Assembly: GCA_964508365.1 (NCBI GenBank)
Contig: CAZDTP010000040.1
Location: 1-37,768 of the forward strand
Source of the DNA: an uncultured archaeon
GTDB taxonomy: Archaea > Asgardarchaeota > Lokiarchaeia > Sigyniarchaeales > SOKP01
Direction of reading: 5' to 3'
Length of the DNA: 37,768 bases
Shown here: piece by piece, positions 37,129 through 37,768 of the stretch
How positions within the stretch are numbered: position 1 is the stretch's first letter
How the letters are laid out: each line of letters opens with the position of its first letter
Translations under genes and position numbers: made by a program
Notes under the pieces: generated by a model
The model's database searches: none
Told to the model about the DNA's origin: nothing
Seen by the model: the letters and a program-made list of their open reading frames with translations, nothing else

Positions 37129-37734
37129 ATGTACATTGTCTGTTTTGATTTAGAGGGTGTTTTCACTCCTGAAGTGTGGATTGCTGTAAGTAAAGCTACT
37201 GGAATCGACGAACTTAAATTAACGACTCGAGACATTTCTAATTATGATACCCTAATGCAAAATCGCATAGCTATTTTAAAAAAAAATAAGATTTCTCTTA
37301 AAGACATTCAGGAAATTATATCGAATATGGATCTATTGCCAGGTGCGAAAGACTTTTTAGACTATATTCGTTCTGTAGCTCAATTAGTAATTGTAACTGA
37401 TAGTTTTATAGAATTTGTCATGCCTTTTATGAAAAAATTAGGTTTTCCTCTGTGTTGTTGTCACAATCTTCAGACCAACGAAGAAGGTATGATTACTGAT
37501 TATAAGATTCGCATAAGTGAGATGAAAAAAAAGACGGTTTTAGCTTTAAAAGAGTTAAATTACGAAGTGATTGCGGCAGGTGATTCCTACAACGATGTAT
37601 CCATGTTATTAGAAGCAAAAAAGGGGATTTTGTTTAGACCGCCGAAAAATGTTATTAATCAATTTCCAGAGCTTCCGGTTGTTAATGAATACGACGAATT
37701 TAAAGAGCTGATTTCTAAATATTTAGGATTGTAG
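37129..37734 (+). CDS. thrH: Phosphoserine phosphatase/homoserine phosphotransferase (HAD)
   Basis: MYIVCFDLEGV (DxE variant typical of ThrH), LTTRD and AGDSYNDVSML. The ATG at 37129 is preferred over the ORF-track TTG at 37096. Confidence 0.9.
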   Translation: MYIVCFDLEGVFTPEVWIAVSKATGIDELKLTTRDISNYDTLMQNRIAILKKNKISLKDIQEIISNMDLLPGAKDFLDYIRSVAQLVIVTDSFIEFVMPFMKKLGFPLCCCHNLQTNEEGMITDYKIRISEMKKKTVLALKELNYEVIAAGDSYNDVSMLLEAKKGILFRPPKNVINQFPELPVVNEYDEFKELISKYLGL

Positions 37735-37768
37735 AATATGGTTATAACTATGTGCTCTAACCTTGAAA

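Overview
AT-rich (~30% GC by eye), gene-dense prokaryotic window. It is probably from an Asgard archaeon of the Lokiarchaeia type (inference: GAGGT/GTGA ribosome-binding sites, T-tract terminators, several GPH/MFS paralogues, a roadblock/longin-like coiled-coil protein, a beta-helix surface protein ending in ISGY-TM-KK, and a membrane-anchored double wHTH regulator). From left to right it holds the 3' end of lpdA and a decayed intergenic region; an ion/osmotic block (SLC13/ArsB-NhaD transporter, CorA, two MscS); a small virus/plasmid-like cassette (RHH protein plus two microproteins missed by the ORF track); a two-subunit B12 acyl-CoA mutase whose pocket does not match methylmalonyl-CoA mutase, converging on 4-hydroxybutyryl-CoA dehydratase, with MeaB nearby; thrC, MFS transporters, a creatininase-family enzyme, a carboxylesterase and a nitroreductase; a ~10 kb block (GH38/57-like hydrolase, RraA aldolase, IlvD/Edd dehydratase, GPH transporter, tungsten AOR, LarA) that could form a non-phosphorylative sugar-acid pathway; tandem ICMT/PEMT-like methyltransferases coupled to a membrane wHTH regulator; a NosD-like surface protein; an orphan CoA-transferase beta subunit lacking the catalytic Glu; and thrH. 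I saw no rRNA, tRNA, CRISPR array, transposase or integrase. All calls come from motif recognition by eye and no searches were run. The two best candidates for an undescribed system are the sugar-acid cluster and the atypical mutase/AbfD pair.
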